NCBI GenBank assembly: GCA_039194325.1
Contig: JBCCWC010000003.1
Coordinates: forward strand, 96,001-160,000
Reading direction: 5' to 3'
DNA: 64,000 nucleotides
Source: Myxococcota bacterium
GTDB taxonomy: Bacteria > Myxococcota_A > Polyangia > Nannocystales > Nannocystaceae
Of the stretch, positions 62,995 through 64,000 are shown in pieces (position 1 is the stretch's first letter; each line of letters opens with the position of its first letter). The notes beneath the pieces were generated by a model that was not told the DNA's origin, ran no database searches, and worked only from the letters and a program-made list of their open reading frames with translations. Both the position numbers and the translations under genes were made by a program.

Positions 62995-63082
62995 AGCGGC
63001 GGGAGGGAGTCCACCAAACCTTGAATTTCGGGCGAATTACGGCATTTCGCGAGACAAAAGCCCGTGCGCGTTATCGTGAGCC

Positions 63083-64000
63083 ATGCGGACCGCTCTGGCT
63101 TTTATAACGGGCATCAGCGTCTCGGCGCTGGGCTGTGGTGATGACACGAGCATGGCCGGCGACGAAACCTCGTCGAGTGGGAGCACCTCGGTCGCGACCG
63201 CACTCGATGACGGGATCGGCGAGCCGGACCCGAGCACGTCGAGCGGATCGAGCGGTGGGTCGACGACGAGCGACGATAGCTCGTTCGACACGAGCAGTTC
63301 CGGGGCAGGCTCGTCGTCGACCGGTCCCGCCGTCGAGTGTGGCGATGGCGTGACCGAGGGTGACGAAGTCTGTGACGGCGCCGACCTGGGCGAGCAGACC
63401 TGCATGACCCAGGGCTTCGAAGGCGGAACGCTGGGCTGCGCCGACGACTGCTCGGACTATGACACCAGCGGCTGCTCGGCGGCCGTCTGCGGCAACCAGA
63501 TCGCCGAAGGGCCCGAGCTGTGCGACGGGGCCGACCACGGGAGGGCCACCTGCATGTCGGAGGGGTTTGACAGTGGCTCGCTCTCCTGTGAGATCGATTG
63601 CCAGACCTTCGATACCAGCGGGTGTGGAACCTGCGGCAACGTGATCGTGGACGGCGATGAGGTCTGTGACGACATCGTGCTCTTCGGTCAAACCTGCGTA
63701 AGCCAGGGGTTCGACAGCGGGATGCTGGCCTGCATGCCCGATTGCCTCACCTACGACACCAGCGGGTGTGGGACCTGCGGCAACGGGCTCATCGATGGCG
63801 ACGAGCTGTGCGACGGGGTCGACAACGGGGGCGAGACTTGCCTCAGCCTCGGTTTCGACAGCGGGACGCTCGGGGCCTGTCAGGCCAGCTGCACCGCCTT
63901 CGACACCGTCGGTTGCGGGACGTGTGGCAACAACGTCATCGACGGCGACGAGCTGTGTGACGGCAGCGACGTGGGGGGGCAGACCTGCCTGAGCCAAGGC
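63083..64000 (+). CDS. Myxobacterial cysteine-rich repeat lipoprotein (runs off the right edge; not in the ORF track)
   Basis: MRTALAFITGISVSALGC, Ser/Thr/Asp linker, repeated CG(D/N)G....E.CDG......TC...GF..G.L.C...C..(Y/F)DTSGC units. Confidence 0.88.
   Translation, partial: MRTALAFITGISVSALGCGDDTSMAGDETSSSGSTSVATALDDGIGEPDPSTSSGSSGGSTTSDDSSFDTSSSGAGSSSTGPAVECGDGVTEGDEVCDGADLGEQTCMTQGFEGGTLGCADDCSDYDTSGCSAAVCGNQIAEGPELCDGADHGRATCMSEGFDSGSLSCEIDCQTFDTSGCGTCGNVIVDGDEVCDDIVLFGQTCVSQGFDSGMLACMPDCLTYDTSGCGTCGNGLIDGDELCDGVDNGGETCLSLGFDSGTLGACQASCTAFDTVGCGTCGNNVIDGDELCDGSDVGGQTCLSQG

Overview
High-GC bacterial chromosome segment spanning the replication-origin region. The gene style (Ser/Thr kinase-TPR, REC-DUF4388-TPR, Cys-rich repeat lipoproteins, DUF1592/DUF1552 pair, many short tandem repeats) suggests a myxobacterium, probably Nannocystaceae-like; this is inference. 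The core block is rsmG / bioF-bioD / mnmE-jag-yidC-yidD-rnpA-rpmH <> dnaA-dnaN-recF-gyrB. A dense parS cluster lies at about 20.3-21.25 kb and a candidate oriC unwinding module lies between dnaA and dnaN. Other housekeeping genes are lysC, mutM, rsmA, tsaD and trmB. Several lower-GC accessory patches are interspersed: an RHH + 2TM gene pair; a coupled P-loop ATPase + large TPR-like protein; a RecG-C/AlbA-type gene that appears to lack its N-terminal domain; an ATPase + frameshifted TOPRIM-like pair resembling MADS Mad3/Mad4; a second orphan ATPase; and an orphan protein with ADP-ribosyltransferase R-S-E motifs. The most unusual signals are (i) a tandem non-coding hairpin motif with compensatory substitutions at 62.8-63.0 kb, (ii) the ART-like orphan, (iii) a pseudo-M48-peptidase + dynamin operon, (iv) a ChpT-like pseudo-kinase coupled to a hybrid kinase, and (v) non-canonical DnaA-trio-like repeats. 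No rRNA, tRNA, CRISPR array, transposase or integrase was recognised. All family assignments come from motif recognition by eye, not from database searches.
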